64,000 nt of DNA from an uncultured candidate division Zixibacteria bacterium. GTDB taxonomy: Bacteria > Zixibacteria > MSB-5A5 > UBA10806. The notes beneath the pieces were generated by a model, which did not search any database, was not told the origin of the DNA, and saw only the letters and a list, made by a program, of their open reading frames with translations. Below, piece after piece: positions 9,232 to 21,011 of the stretch (its first letter is position 1; each line of letters begins with the position of its first letter). Both the position numbers and the translations under genes were made by a program. Where the stretch lies: the NCBI GenBank assembly GCA_963801605.1, contig CAWDFP010000006.1, positions 896,001-960,000 of the forward strand, read 5' to 3'.

Positions 9232-12200
9232 TCAGAAACTGCTTTGGATAGCCCCGGGAAATTTTAAGAAAGCCGGTGGGCAGTCCGGGCACGGCGTTAG
9301 GGTTCCGCCTCCTTTGAGGTAAGCCACAAAATAGGTAATATCGAGGCCGTTGAATGCGCAGCTTCCGTTAATATCTCCGCCAACAAAGAAAGTTCCGTGG
9401 GGCTGGCAATCGCAAGAGTATGGCGGAGGAGTTCCGCCTTTGAAGTAACTTACCCCATAAACAACGTCAAGGCCATTGGCTACACCGTTATTGTTTATAT
9501 CACCCGCGGCATAAATACATTGCGGCGAAATAAAGTTTATGACAAAATCGTTGTCGGAATAATCGCTTGCCAAATTGAGTGCTTCATCGCGGCAGGTAAT
9601 TTTAACCCGGCAGGATATTGATGCCTGATTGGGGATTGTCCAGGCATAAGTGCCCGGATTGCCGGATGTCCAACCCTGAACGGGTATCCAATTTGAGCCG
9701 GAATCGGTGGAATAATCAAGTTTATAACTCGCTATACCAACGTTATCCTCAGCGGTCCAGGCGATATTTTGGATCGAGCCGCCCTCCCAAACTTCACTGC
9801 CATTAGGCGAAATGATTGTAACGGTGGGCGAGGAGTTATCCTGAACCGTAAAATCATCGTGTGAAACGTCGATAGCTTCGTTTTGAGCGTCATCCCTGAT
9901 TGCCACGCTGATCCGATAATGGTTGCCCGGTTGAGGCGGAGTCCAGGTTGGAGGTTCTAAATTCCCCCAATCGCGTATAAGCTGCCAGGTGGTTCCGCTA
10001 TCGGTCGAGAAATCAAATTTTGCCTCTACGCAGCCTATGTTGTCATCGCAGGTAAAAACGATCGGCACCTCATCTCCGAAATTAAATATCTCTCCGCCAT
10101 TTGGAATGGTTAGAACAACTAACGGAGGTGTAAGATCTGCGATCGAAAAATTATTATCCGAAATATCGAAGCTGATACTTCCGGAGGTATCCTGGCAGGA
10201 TACTTTCACCTTGCACTCTGCCGACAGAGTTTGAGGCACAAGCCAGGAATAAGCGCCGGGATTTCCCGCGGTCCAATCTACTATTGGAGGCGCTATCCAG
10301 GTAGCGCCGCCGGTAAGCGAATATTCAATTTTGTAGCGGGTAATTCCAATATCATCGCTTGCATTCCAAGCTATGTTATGAGTTTCTCCAAAGCCCCAGG
10401 CTTCGCCGCCATTGGGAGAAATAACGGTTACGGTCGGGGGGAAATCAGCGATTGCGAAATTAGCATCTGATGTATCCGCAGTAACGTTAAACGACGCATC
10501 ACGGCAGAATATGCGTACTCGGCATGCGGTCGACGGCGCATTGGGCACATTCCAGGAGTATGTTCCGGGATTTCCGTTAACCCATTCGGTTACTGCCAAC
10601 CAGGTAGCGCCGCCATTGATTGAATAATCAAGCTTGAAAGCGGCAACTCCCTCATTATCGCTCGCGGTCCAGGCAATAGCATGAATCTGATTTATTCCCC
10701 AAATCTCGCCGCCATTGGGTGAAGAAATATTCACGATCGGAGGAATATTATCTCTAATCGAAAAATCGGAATCCGAAATATCGAACCCAACCGTATTAGC
10801 TGAATCACGGCAGGATACCCTTGTTCGGCAAAGCGCCGACGGTGTGTCAGGGATCGTCCAGATGAAGCTGTTTGGATTTCCACTTTGCCAATCCTGCACC
10901 GAAATCCAGTTTGTACCGGAATCAGTCGAATAATCTATTTTATAGGCAGTGACTCCAATATTATCTGACGCGTTCCAGGTAATATCAACATTGGCGCCAC
11001 TATCGAAACTTTCGCCGCCATTGGGATATGTTAAGGCAACTGAGGGAGGAATATTATCCCTAATTGTAAAATTAGTATTCGAGACATCGGTTCCTATTCC
11101 GCCGCTTGTATCCCGGCATGATATGCGGATTCGATTTATAATCGACGGCGTATTGGGAATGACCCAACTGTATGTACGAGGATCGCCTGTGGTCCAATCC
11201 TGAATCAAGGACCAATTAGTTCCAGCATCGGTTGAGTGCTCTAATTTGTAAGCCAGAATTCCCAGGTTGTCGCCATCTATCCAGGTAATATTATGTGCCG
11301 AACCACAATCCCAGATTTCACCGCCGTTAGGCGATGAAACGGTAACCACGGGCATAGGGATCCAAAATTGTGAAATTATTATCTGAGTTGTCGTTTCCAA
11401 TATTGCCGGCGGCATCTCTGCATGAAAGGCGCACCCGCACCTGTGTAGATGATGAGATAGGCACAAGCCAGGGGAATGTACCCGGATTTCCGGATGTCCA
11501 ATCCTGTATTATTGTCCAATTCGCGCCGGCATCAATTGAATAGTCAAGTTTATACTGGGTTACTCCCACGTTATCTGAGGCGGTCCAGGTGATATTATGA
11601 TAAGTGTTTACATTCCAGCTTTCCCCGCCATTTGGCACTGCGACATGAACAGTGGGCGCTACCGTATCTACTGCCGGAATTATTGAAAATACCGCATTTG
11701 AGTTGTCGTTCCCGATATTTCCCGCAGCATCCCAGGCTCTGACTCGCACCAGGCAATTGATCGATGGTGTCGAGGGAACTGCCCAGGAAAATGTCTGCGG
11801 ATTGCCGTTGGTTTGAGGTTGAATCGCGATCCAGTTGGTTCCGGAGTTGGTCGAATAATCAATGGCATAGGCTGTTACACCGACGGCATCGGTTGCACTC
11901 CAGGTGATATTGTGTATTGTCGATGTGACCCACTGCTCGCCGCCATTGGGCGAGCTTACGATTACCGCTGGATCAGTAGTGTCTGCCGGTGGCGGTTCAT
12001 CGAACGGCACAGTCAATGGCATTCCCAACGCGGCTCTCTCGTCGGGACCTTCGGTTACTGCCCCGTCGCCATTAACAATATAATTGGTCACTCCGGCGGT
12101 TTTAATAGTGATATCCCCAACGCAGTAGCCGGCATAGCTGGTCAGGCTTCCGGCCGGATTGCCCTCCTCATTTTGAAGAACGGTTGCCGCCGGAGCAGTA

Positions 12201-13096
12201 ATGCAAGGGACTCCCGCACGAAGGACATGATCGACAACATCGTGACGAGGGAACATATAGTCAGGTGATTGCCCCGAACCGGTTGCGATACAGGCAAAAT
12301 GAGGAGTTAGGAGATTCATGTAATCGGAATTAGTGGAGCCTTCGCTTCCATGATGATTGACATGGAGAACCTCAACTCCATAGGAGGTGAGTAGGGGGTG
12401 CTCTCCTCCGGGCATGATGGCTTGAGCCAGAGGCGTCTCAACATTTGCATAACTGCTTTGGCGCCCGGTACAGGCGTTGTCGGCATCGCCGCCGCCCAAA
12501 TCCCCGGCAAAGAGATATTCAAAATGGCCATATTGAATAAGAAGCCCAATAGATTTATCGTTTTCGTCGCTGACACCCGAAACCAATCCGTGGCCAAGGA
12601 CGGTGCCATTTGCACAAACGCAAGTAGCTGTCGCGCCGCCCCCAAGTTGAATTACTGCTCCCGGCGCAAGGGACTGAATAGGTCCGGGGGAATGATTGAT
12701 TGCAGCATTTCTAAAAGCGGTAACATAGGAATTGCTATTGCTGCTTCCATTATAATAAACGGAATTTGAGACGTTATAACCGCCATTCATAACTTCAGTT
12801 AACCCGGCGATATGATCCGAATGCAAGTGGCTCGAAAGAATATATGTAAGACTATCGGTTGGCATAATACCGATCGATTCCAAATAGGGGATGACTTTGT
12901 TTGTACCCATATTATCCCGGCCGCCGTCCATGAGCATACGCGTGCCATTGGGGCCAATAACAAGCACCGAAGTACCCCAACCCACGTTGATGTAGTGAAT
13001 CTCGAGTAATCCGGAGGGCGTGAATGCAAACGAGACTCCAGGCATCATCAGCGGAAGTGCGGTCAAAATCAGATAAATGATGATTTTTTTTCTCAT
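9232..13096 (-). CDS. Secreted ComEC-type metallo-beta-lactamase-fold hydrolase with 8 Ig-like repeats and a C-terminal dockerin-like domain; one frameshift near 11351 (ORFs 11327-13096 and 9232-11466 are one gene)
   Basis: SHLHSDH, FAGD and NHHGS motifs. Eight ~100-aa PNG(G/S)E repeats. Twin GDINN/GDING..NGLD EF-hand-like repeats. Restoring 2 C in a C-run gives DPYAPVVTVSSPNGGE, matching the other repeats. Confidence 0.8.
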
Positions 13097-13315
13097 ACCA
13101 CTTATTAATCGAATAGTTTTGGAAGAACCTTAGGGGCTCTCAGGGGAGCTTACTTCTACATTGGTAATAATATAAGGTAGAAGTTGAAGGACGCAAGAAA
13201 AATAGATATGCCCAAATCACCGAAAATTATGAATAAAAGGAACAAATACTTTTATTTCTCGATATTATATAAGGTTATACAAGTTCAAGGTTCAATTATT
13301 ATTAGGAGATAAAAC

Positions 13316-13801
13316 GTGAAAACCGAAAAAGCATATTTCGCAGGTGGTTGTTTTTGGGGTACGGAGCATCTTTTTAAGACCCTGAATGGCGTCATTTCTA
13401 CCAGGGTGGGCTATATGGGAGGACATAAGGCCAATCCTTCGTATCAGGACGTTTGCAGCGGTGACACCGGCCATGCGGAGGCAGTCGAGGTCGAATATGA
13501 TTCAGAAAAAACGGATTTTGAAAAGGTCGCCAGATTCTTTTTTGAAATTCACGATCCTACCCAGATAGACAGGCAAGGTCCCGATATCGGCCAGCAGTAT
13601 AGGTCGGTTGTTTTCTTTGTTGATGATAACCAAATGCGGATCGCCGAAAATCTAATCAAGATTTTAAGTGATAAGGGTTACAAGGTAGCCACCAAGCTGG
13701 TTAAAGCCGACACATTCTGGGAAGCTGAGGCTTATCATCAGGATTATTATGATGTGACCGGCAAAGCTCCCTACTGCCATTTTTATCAAAAGCGATTTTA
13801 G
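13316..13801 (+). CDS. msrA: Peptide-methionine (S)-S-oxide reductase
   Basis: FAGGCFWG, GHAEAV, HDPTQ..RQGPDIG.QYRS, AEAYHQDYY. Confidence 0.95.
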   Translation: MKTEKAYFAGGCFWGTEHLFKTLNGVISTRVGYMGGHKANPSYQDVCSGDTGHAEAVEVEYDSEKTDFEKVARFFFEIHDPTQIDRQGPDIGQQYRSVVFFVDDNQMRIAENLIKILSDKGYKVATKLVKADTFWEAEAYHQDYYDVTGKAPYCHFYQKRF

Positions 13802-13854
13802 AAAAGACTGCATCCGGATTCTATTTAGTATGCCGGCATAATTTTAGGCATGAT

Positions 13855-13890
13855 AAAAAGCGCCGAGTCGTGAGGGCTCGGCGCACGTTT
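13855..13890. terminator. Bidirectional terminator between msrA and OPT
   Basis: GCGCCGAG/CTCGGCGC stem with flanking A and T runs. Confidence 0.7.
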
Positions 13891-13914
13891 AATATTTCAG
13901 GTCAAGAATAGGTT

Positions 13915-16021
13915 TTAGTGCTTTGTTTCTTTGGCAATGCCAATTCTGTATAAAATGTACATTAGGCCAAGGAATGGAATCAGGGAGAACCAATCGGCGC
14001 CGGATAGATAGGTTGAATAACTGGAAAAATCAATTTTGGTGTCCATCCCCATAATTGTGAGGCCAGCTATGATAACGCCCGTAATGGCCGCTCCTGAGAT
14101 ATACCCTGACGACATCAATACGCCGGGGGAGAACTCGGCCTCCGAGGCCGAACCTTTGCGTCGCTTATCCACCAAGGTCCTGAATTATACCGCCCGCCAT
14201 AATCGGAGTAGACGTTGAAAGCGGAAGATATAGCCCAACCGCAAAGGGTAGCGATGATACTCCCACCAACTCCATTACAAGCGCCAGGAATATCCCAATT
14301 AAAACCAATCCCCACGGCAGCTTTTGTGTGAGTATGCCGTCGATAATCAGGCTGAAGAGCCTCGCCTTGGGTGCGTCAAGTTTACGTGTTGGCTGGCCAT
14401 TAAGGCTTGTCACCACTCCCGCGATACCGGGATCGACCAGGTATTTAATATGATTAGTTTCATCGACAAGATACTTGCCGATCCGAATCTCCCCGGTTTG
14501 CTCGGTGACATGAAGTACGCGGTAGGTGATACCATCAGGGGCTTTCATGGTTTCGGGTTTTTCAGGAAGGCTGGCAACGTAGTTTTCGAAAGTCATGGGG
14601 GCCACAGTAGTGTAAGCGTTGTTGAAAAGCATGACAGTCAGGCCGATTACAAGCGCGCTCGATATGACGCCTATCATAATCGCCAGCTGCTGATATTTAG
14701 GCGTTGCCCCAACTAAAAATCCGGTTTTAAGATCCTGGCTGATGGTGCCGCCGTTAGATGCCGCTATACAAACAATGGCAGCAGTTGAAAGCGCCATAGC
14801 CCGATATGAAACTCCTGTCCATCCAACCGCCAGAAACAGGAGACAAGTAATAAGAAGGGTGGCTACGGTCATTCCTGAGATCGGATTTGACGATGACCCA
14901 ATCTCTCCGGTGATTCGGCTGGAGACTGTGACAAAGAAGAATCCGAACATGACAATTAATACTGCCGAGATGGCATTGATATGCAGAACCGGAGCCAGCC
15001 ATATTGCCAATACCAGGCCGATCGACCCGAAAACCACTACCGAAAGGGGCAAATCATGATCAGTTCTTAAAACTTTCTCTCGAGTTCCCTCTCCTTTGCG
15101 CGAATCAAGAAAACTTTTAAATCCGCTCCTGAAGGCATGGATTATTGTAGGAAAAGATTTTATCAAACTAATTATGCCGCCCGTGGCTACGGCTCCTGCG
15201 CCGATATAAAGAACATAAGCGTTTCGTACCATGTCAGGAGTCATATCTTTTATTAACGTTGATGCCGGAAACATGACGGTGCTGATGTTTTCGCCGAAAA
15301 TTTTAATGGCCGGGATTAATATTAAATAAGAAAGTATTCCTCCGGCTAACATATTTGCTGAGACTTTTGGCCCAATGATATACCCCACTCCCAGAAGTTC
15401 CGGGGTTAACTCTCCTGATACCGAAGCTCCTTTGAAAAATTTCAGCATCCGCGTGGGGACATCAGCCCAAAGCCTCAAGCCTACATTGAGAAATTTGTAG
15501 ATCGCCCCGATACCGAATCCCAGGAATACGGTCTTGGCATTGGTGCCGCCTTGCTCGCCCACAATTAGAACGTCGGCACAGGCCGTACCTTCGGGGTATG
15601 TGAGCTTACCATGCTCCTTGACGATCAATCCTTTACGAAGAGGAATCATCATCAATACCCCCAGAATGCCTCCCAGGAGCGACATCCAGAGAATCGACAT
15701 CATCTCCATGTTAAGTCCGAGCAGCAGGAAGACCGGCATGGTGGTCGCTACTCCGAAAGCGATAGATTCCCCCGCAGAACCGGTGGTCTGGACAATATTG
15801 TTTTCGAGGATTGTTGATCGTCCCAGAACCCGGAATAGGGTGATAGAGAGGACAGCAATCGGGATTGAGGCGCTAACGGTCATGCCAACTTTGAGGGCCA
15901 GGTAAACCGACGAAGCGGCAAAGATGATCCCCAAAACAGCGCCGATAAACACGGCCCGGAATGTAAATTCCTTTTGTGATTCAAAGGGGCCGATAAACGG
16001 CTTAAATTCGGTATCCGACAT
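13915..16021 (-). CDS. OPT/YSL family oligopeptide transporter; 1-nt frameshift near 14184
   Basis: LKVGMTVSASIPIAV, ENNIVQTTGSAGES, YPEGTACA, SSNPISG, QDLKTG, APKA. The C-terminal TM helices continue in ORF 13915-14175 (GVLMSSGYISG). GGGAG RBS before ATG 16021. Confidence 0.9.
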
Positions 16022-16272
16022 TAGAGACTCCCAGAGTTTCAAGTCGCGTCGATTTTAATCAAACTATATCAAAACATGGCGTTTGGTGCAACCAATATTG
16101 CCTGAAGAAGACAAAAATTTATTAATAGGCATTATCAGCTTTGATCATGCTTTGGATCAATCTGAACGCGCCGGATTGGATAATATAGAAAATAAATTAT
16201 ATGATGACGGCCCATAGCACCCTTGAATCGATTAGGAGCGGCGTACCTTTAATTCCGAAATCGATAAAATAC

Positions 16273-16662
16273 CTATTGAACTATTACTTTGCCAAACATT
16301 GTGGGATGAATCAGGCAACGATAGGAATAATCGCCCGCCTTGGTAAAAATATGCTGAAATGTTTGTCCCGGATTAAACAACGGGCTTTTTATTTCGTCTC
16401 CAGTATTTGAGGTTACCATGTGAGGAGCGTTATCCTTATTGGTCCATTGCACGGTATCACCGACTGCAACGGCAATTTTGCCCGAACCGAAAGCCATGTT
16501 CTTAACATCGATATTATGAAAATGAGCAGAATGTATTGTCGGTGCGACTTTTTGTTTCGCAGTCGAATTCGTCTGGGCGCCAGCCGCTATGGTGAACATA
16601 GCCCAGATGATCATCAAAAACAATACTCTTATTGCCACTGTCCCATTGAATCTTTCCATCAC
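16273..16662 (-). CDS. Amicyanin/plastocyanin-like blue copper protein
   Basis: Signal peptide, GDTVQWTNKDNAPH, and YRCLIHPTMFG (C-x2-H-x2-M). Confidence 0.88.
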   Translation of the reverse strand: MMERFNGTVAIRVLFLMIIWAMFTIAAGAQTNSTAKQKVAPTIHSAHFHNIDVKNMAFGSGKIAVAVGDTVQWTNKDNAPHMVTSNTGDEIKSPLFNPGQTFQHIFTKAGDYSYRCLIHPTMFGKVIVQ

Positions 16663-16700
16663 TCTCCTCCTGTTCTGGCAGTTATATTAATAATGATCAT

Positions 16701-16728
16701 CAAACTCAATTCCCAAATATAGAGTTCC
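16701..16728 (-). promoter_or_regulatory. Putative ECF-sigma promoter GGAACTC-N14-GAGTTTG
   Basis: Shared motif, about 40 nt upstream of the blue copper gene. Confidence 0.55.
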
Positions 16729-16899
16729 TTTGAACAAACAAATTTGGATATTTAAAGCCCGGAATTCCAGTAATAAGGAATTGACATTATGAGTCTATTT
16801 TCAAGCATGATTTGTATTTAATGATGCTTGAGATTTGGATAAAAGCGAGTATATTCAGGCTGTTGTCGGGATGATAACAGGAACGGAGCGTTTGAAATT

Positions 16900-17814
16900 G
16901 TGATTTTATTGATGATATTTTATATTTCCATTGCGGTGCTTGTTATTGGGACGCTCATCAAAACCATAAAAATTATAAAAATGCCAATTCACTTACGGTG
17001 GGAACTTTATCCCATTCCTCATGAGCAAGGCAAAGGACATTATGGCGGTTCGTATTATGAAGAACCCGACTGGTGGACCAAGCCAGTGAAGCGGTCTCTG
17101 TGGGGAGAGCTCAAGGAAGTAGCTTTCGAGATTTTTGCCATAAAATCGCTTTACCGCAACAACCGAAACCTCTGGTATTTTTCTTATCCTTTTCATATTG
17201 GGCTTTATCTGCTTACCGGATTTATGACCATGTTAGTCCTGGGTGCGATATTAAAATTGAATGGATTTGAAATTTCCGCATTTTCATTAAGCTTATTAGG
17301 AAAAGGTCTATATCGGGCGACAATCCTCATCGGTATCCTGGGTTTGATTTTTGGAGTATTCGGAGTCGCCGGGCTGCTTGTAATAAGAATTGTCAAGAGT
17401 GAATATAGACAATTTTCAACAAGAGCCGATTATTTTAATTTGATATTGCTGCTATCTATTTGTCTTAGCGGTTTATATGCCTGGATCACTGCAGATAGGT
17501 CATTTTCGTTATTAAGGGAGTTTATTAAAGAGCTATTGGTATTTAAATCCAGCTTGATTATCCCAGCATCTATTAAATTAGAACTACTCTTGACTGCAGT
17601 CTTTTTTATCTATCTGCCGTTTACGCACATGACGCATTTTGTGGGAAAATTTTTCACTTATCATCATGTCAGATGGCAGGATGAGCCCAACATAAAGGGC
17701 AGTAAAACCGAAGCTGCCATCATCAAAGAACTTGGAAGCCGAGTCAGTTGGCAGGCAAAACATATAAAGCCCGGGAAGAGTTGGCTTGAAGGAGCCTCCG
17801 GCGACGATAAATGA
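16900..17814 (+). CDS. NarI/DsrM-like membrane b-type cytochrome
   Basis: RWELYPIPHE, FHIGLY and YLPFTHMTHFVGK His pairs; several TM helices. Confidence 0.8.
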   Translation: MILLMIFYISIAVLVIGTLIKTIKIIKMPIHLRWELYPIPHEQGKGHYGGSYYEEPDWWTKPVKRSLWGELKEVAFEIFAIKSLYRNNRNLWYFSYPFHIGLYLLTGFMTMLVLGAILKLNGFEISAFSLSLLGKGLYRATILIGILGLIFGVFGVAGLLVIRIVKSEYRQFSTRADYFNLILLLSICLSGLYAWITADRSFSLLREFIKELLVFKSSLIIPASIKLELLLTAVFFIYLPFTHMTHFVGKFFTYHHVRWQDEPNIKGSKTEAAIIKELGSRVSWQAKHIKPGKSWLEGASGDDK

Positions 17815-19415
17815 CCACAACCCCCAGAAATTTCGGAAAAAAAAACGGCCAATTGATAAAAATTGATCCCGCTGGTTTTTTGCCTTTGCCGCCTCCCTAC
17901 GATAAACTCGAGCTTGAACCGAAGATCCGCAGTTTGACTCACGAGCAATCAGCCCGTTATGAATGCGAGCTTGACGGTGTGTCGGCAGTGATGTTTCCAA
18001 AACCGGAAACGGAGATCCAAAAACGGGAGCTTATAGAAAAATTCCTCTCAGGGTTGAAGAAGCTATTTGATGCCCGCGATAATTGGACATTTCTTCAACC
18101 GCTTTATCTCACAATGGAGTATTGCGCCAGATGCCAGACCTGCTCTCAAGCCTGCCCGATCTTCAATGAATCGGGAAAGCAAGAAATTTATCGTCCGGCT
18201 TTTCGGGCCGAGATCCTCAGGCGGCTTTATAAAAAATATATCAAGTCGGGCGGTAGAATCCTGGCAAAAGTCAGTGGTAACGATATAAACATCACCTGGG
18301 AGCTAATAGCTCGACTGCTTGAACTTTCATATCGCTGTACAATCTGCCGTCGCTGCGCCCAAGCCTGCCCAATTGGAATAGATAACGGGCTCGTTACCCA
18401 TGAACTGCGTAAACTTTTCAGCCAGGAAATGGGTATCTCGGTTAAGCAACTTCATGAGCTCGGCACAGTACAGCATCTGGAGAAAGGCTCGTCCACTGGT
18501 ATGAATCCTCTGGCCTTCCGCGATAATATCGAATTTATGGAGGATGAGGTTAAGGAAAAGACCGGTCTGGATTTCAAATGGCCGATTGATAAAGTAGGGG
18601 CGGATGTTCTTCTTATGCACAATGCCGGGGAATACCTTGCCTGGCCGGAAAACCCCGAAGCTTTCGCCATTATACTTGAAGCTGCAGGCATAAGCTATAC
18701 CCTCTCAAGCGAACTTACCGGGTATGATGCTGTAAATTATGGCGTCTGGTATGATGATATGCAATTAGCCAGATTGGCGATAAAACATGCCCGGATTGCC
18801 AAAAAACTTGGAGTAAAAAAGATTGTTATCGGCGAATGCGGGCATTCTCATAAAGCTCTTACCGTAATTGCCGATCGGGTACTTACGGGCGATCTAAATA
18901 TTCCTCGCGAAAGTTGTCTTACCTTTATAAATGAGATTATTAAAAGCGGCCGATTAAAACTCGATCCTTCCCGAAACGCTGATTTAAATGTAACGATCCA
19001 TGATCCCTGCAATATTGCCAGATTGATGGGGATCGTTAAGCCGCAGAGAGAAATTCTTCAAGCGGTCTGCCCCAACTTCCGGGAAATGACCCCTAAGGGA
19101 GTAGATAACTTCTGTTGCGGTGGAGGAAGCGGCTTTGCCATTATGCCAAACCTGAACTTCCCCGACTGGTGCCATAGCGTGGCGGGGCGGGCCAAACTGC
19201 GGCAAATTCTCGATCTTTTTCAAGACATTATCGGACCGGAACATAAAAAATATGTCTGCGCTCCCTGTTCAAACTGCAAGGGACAAATAAGAGACATCCT
19301 AAGGGCCTATGGTGTATTCGAGAAATGCAATATTTTATATGGAGGCTTAGCGGAGTTAATAGTAAATGCTATGGTCGATATTAAAGAGCCATTTCTTGAA
19401 TGGCAGTGGCGCTAA
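17811..19415 (+). CDS. DsrK/HdrD-like Fe-S protein (2x[4Fe-4S] plus CCG domain)
   Basis: CARCQTCSQACP, CTICRRCAQACP, GECGH, HDPCN, FCCGGGSG, CAPCSNC. Overlaps the stop of the upstream gene. Confidence 0.85.
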   Translation: MTTTPRNFGKKNGQLIKIDPAGFLPLPPPYDKLELEPKIRSLTHEQSARYECELDGVSAVMFPKPETEIQKRELIEKFLSGLKKLFDARDNWTFLQPLYLTMEYCARCQTCSQACPIFNESGKQEIYRPAFRAEILRRLYKKYIKSGGRILAKVSGNDINITWELIARLLELSYRCTICRRCAQACPIGIDNGLVTHELRKLFSQEMGISVKQLHELGTVQHLEKGSSTGMNPLAFRDNIEFMEDEVKEKTGLDFKWPIDKVGADVLLMHNAGEYLAWPENPEAFAIILEAAGISYTLSSELTGYDAVNYGVWYDDMQLARLAIKHARIAKKLGVKKIVIGECGHSHKALTVIADRVLTGDLNIPRESCLTFINEIIKSGRLKLDPSRNADLNVTIHDPCNIARLMGIVKPQREILQAVCPNFREMTPKGVDNFCCGGGSGFAIMPNLNFPDWCHSVAGRAKLRQILDLFQDIIGPEHKKYVCAPCSNCKGQIRDILRAYGVFEKCNILYGGLAELIVNAMVDIKEPFLEWQWR

Positions 19416-19676
19416 TCATCTTTAATCCAATACTATAATCGAGTTTTTGATTCTATTCATTAACCAAATAAATTTTAGTTTCCCGATAATTGTTATTATG
19501 CGTATAATCATCAAAGAGAGTAAGGTCGTTGTTGCTTTTCACGGAAAATTTTTAATAATGCGATCATTCCTATAAGCGGTTATGACAATAGAGCATAAGG
19601 CAAACAATTGGTAGTTGATGTTACAAAAAAATATAGCCAAAAAGAATTTGTCTGAATTATTCTAATTGATTATAAT

Positions 19677-19700
19677 AAACTTAACTCGGATATATGCGTC
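19677..19700 (+). promoter_or_regulatory. Possible ECF promoter AAAC-N16-CGTC
   Basis: Classical ECF spacing, about 70 nt upstream of the MacA-like gene. Confidence 0.4.
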
Positions 19701-19768
19701 TAATATTGATCGAGAAGACCTGAAAGCGTTTGGATGGTATTGGGCTTGGTCGTAAGAAAAGAGGAACA

Positions 19769-21010
19769 ATGAAAAAGCTGTTTATTATAGCCCCCATAGT
19801 GGTTGTAATTGCCCTGGTATTATTTTTATTTTTAGGAAGAACTAAAAAAGTAGAGGGGAAATTTGTCACAGCGCCCATTCAGAGGGGTGATATCTCGATT
19901 ACAGTCACTGCAACCGGGACGCTTCAAGCGGTTACCACGGTGCAAGTCGGAAGCCAGGTATCCGGCACCATTATGGCGTTAAACGCCGATTTTAACTCCA
20001 AGGTAAAAAAAGGGGAAATTATCGCGCAGCTTGATCCCACTTTTCTTAAAGCCCAGGTAGATCAGGCCGAGGCGGATTTAGATAAAGCTAAGGCCTCGCT
20101 AAACCTCGCTAAAACTCAATTCGACCGATCCCAATCTCTTTTTGAGCGAAATATGATTTCGCAATCCGACAAAGACAATGCCGAGGCCGTTTATCAGCAA
20201 TCTCAGGCCGATCTAAAATCATCGCAAGCGAATTTAAGCCGGGTAAAAACCAATCTGGAATATGCCACGATAACATCACCTATAGATGGGGTTGTAATTT
20301 CCAGAAATGTCGATGTCGGTCAGACGGTGGCAGCCAGCTTGCAGGCGCCGACTTTGTTTACGATAGCGCAAGACTTAACCAAAATGCAGGTTGGCGCCAG
20401 TATCGACGAAGCTGATATAGGAAAAGTCCATGATGGCCAGAGAGTTCTTTTTACGGTCGATGCCTATCCGGATCAAAGTTTTGATGGCATTGTACAGCAG
20501 GTCAGGCTCAATCCCGAAGTAGTGCAGAATGTAGTTTCATATGATGTTATAATCGAGGTTTCGAATCCTGATTTATTGCTAATGCCCGGCATGACGGCTA
20601 ATGTTACGATCGAGATTCAGCGTGAAAACGATATACTTAAGGTGCCATCGGCGGCGCTTCGTTTCCGTCCGGCGGGAGTTCAAACCGGTCAGTTGTCCGG
20701 CGCAAATAATTCATCAAACAATAGCGCTGCCTCTAACGGGGCCAGCGCAGCCATTCCCGATTCGACTTCCCATCGAGGTAAAGGCGGCAGACCTCACGTT
20801 TGGGTATTAAATGCTCAGGGGAAACCTCAACCCGTTCCAGTACAGGTGGGCATTTCGGACGGTTCCACAACCGGGATTACCTCGGATAATCTTAAAGAGG
20901 GAGATGCCGTAATAGTCAGCCAGGAAGGCGTACAGGCGTCAACAAGCAATAATCAGCAGGTTAATCCTTTCATGCCCAGGTTCGGTGGCGGTGGCGGCGG
21001 GAGGCACTAA
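19769..21010 (+). CDS. MacA-like periplasmic adaptor (membrane fusion protein)
   Basis: VQVGSQVSG, ITSPIDGVV, VGQTVAASLQAPTLF, LMPGMTA. GAGGA RBS before ATG 19769. Confidence 0.9.
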   Translation: MKKLFIIAPIVVVIALVLFLFLGRTKKVEGKFVTAPIQRGDISITVTATGTLQAVTTVQVGSQVSGTIMALNADFNSKVKKGEIIAQLDPTFLKAQVDQAEADLDKAKASLNLAKTQFDRSQSLFERNMISQSDKDNAEAVYQQSQADLKSSQANLSRVKTNLEYATITSPIDGVVISRNVDVGQTVAASLQAPTLFTIAQDLTKMQVGASIDEADIGKVHDGQRVLFTVDAYPDQSFDGIVQQVRLNPEVVQNVVSYDVIIEVSNPDLLLMPGMTANVTIEIQRENDILKVPSAALRFRPAGVQTGQLSGANNSSNNSAASNGASAAIPDSTSHRGKGGRPHVWVLNAQGKPQPVPVQVGISDGSTTGITSDNLKEGDAVIVSQEGVQASTSNNQQVNPFMPRFGGGGGGRH

Positions 21011-21011
21011 A

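Noticed and set aside
9540..11980. Recurrent CCGCCATT(G/A)GG motifs as a CRISPR or DNA repeat array
   Set aside because: They encode the PNGGE motif of ~100-aa protein repeats, spaced about 300 bp apart.
16900..19415. Evidence for dissimilatory sulfate reduction
   Set aside because: DsrMK-like pairs also occur in non-sulfate reducers, and there is no dsrAB, dsrC, apr or sat in the window.
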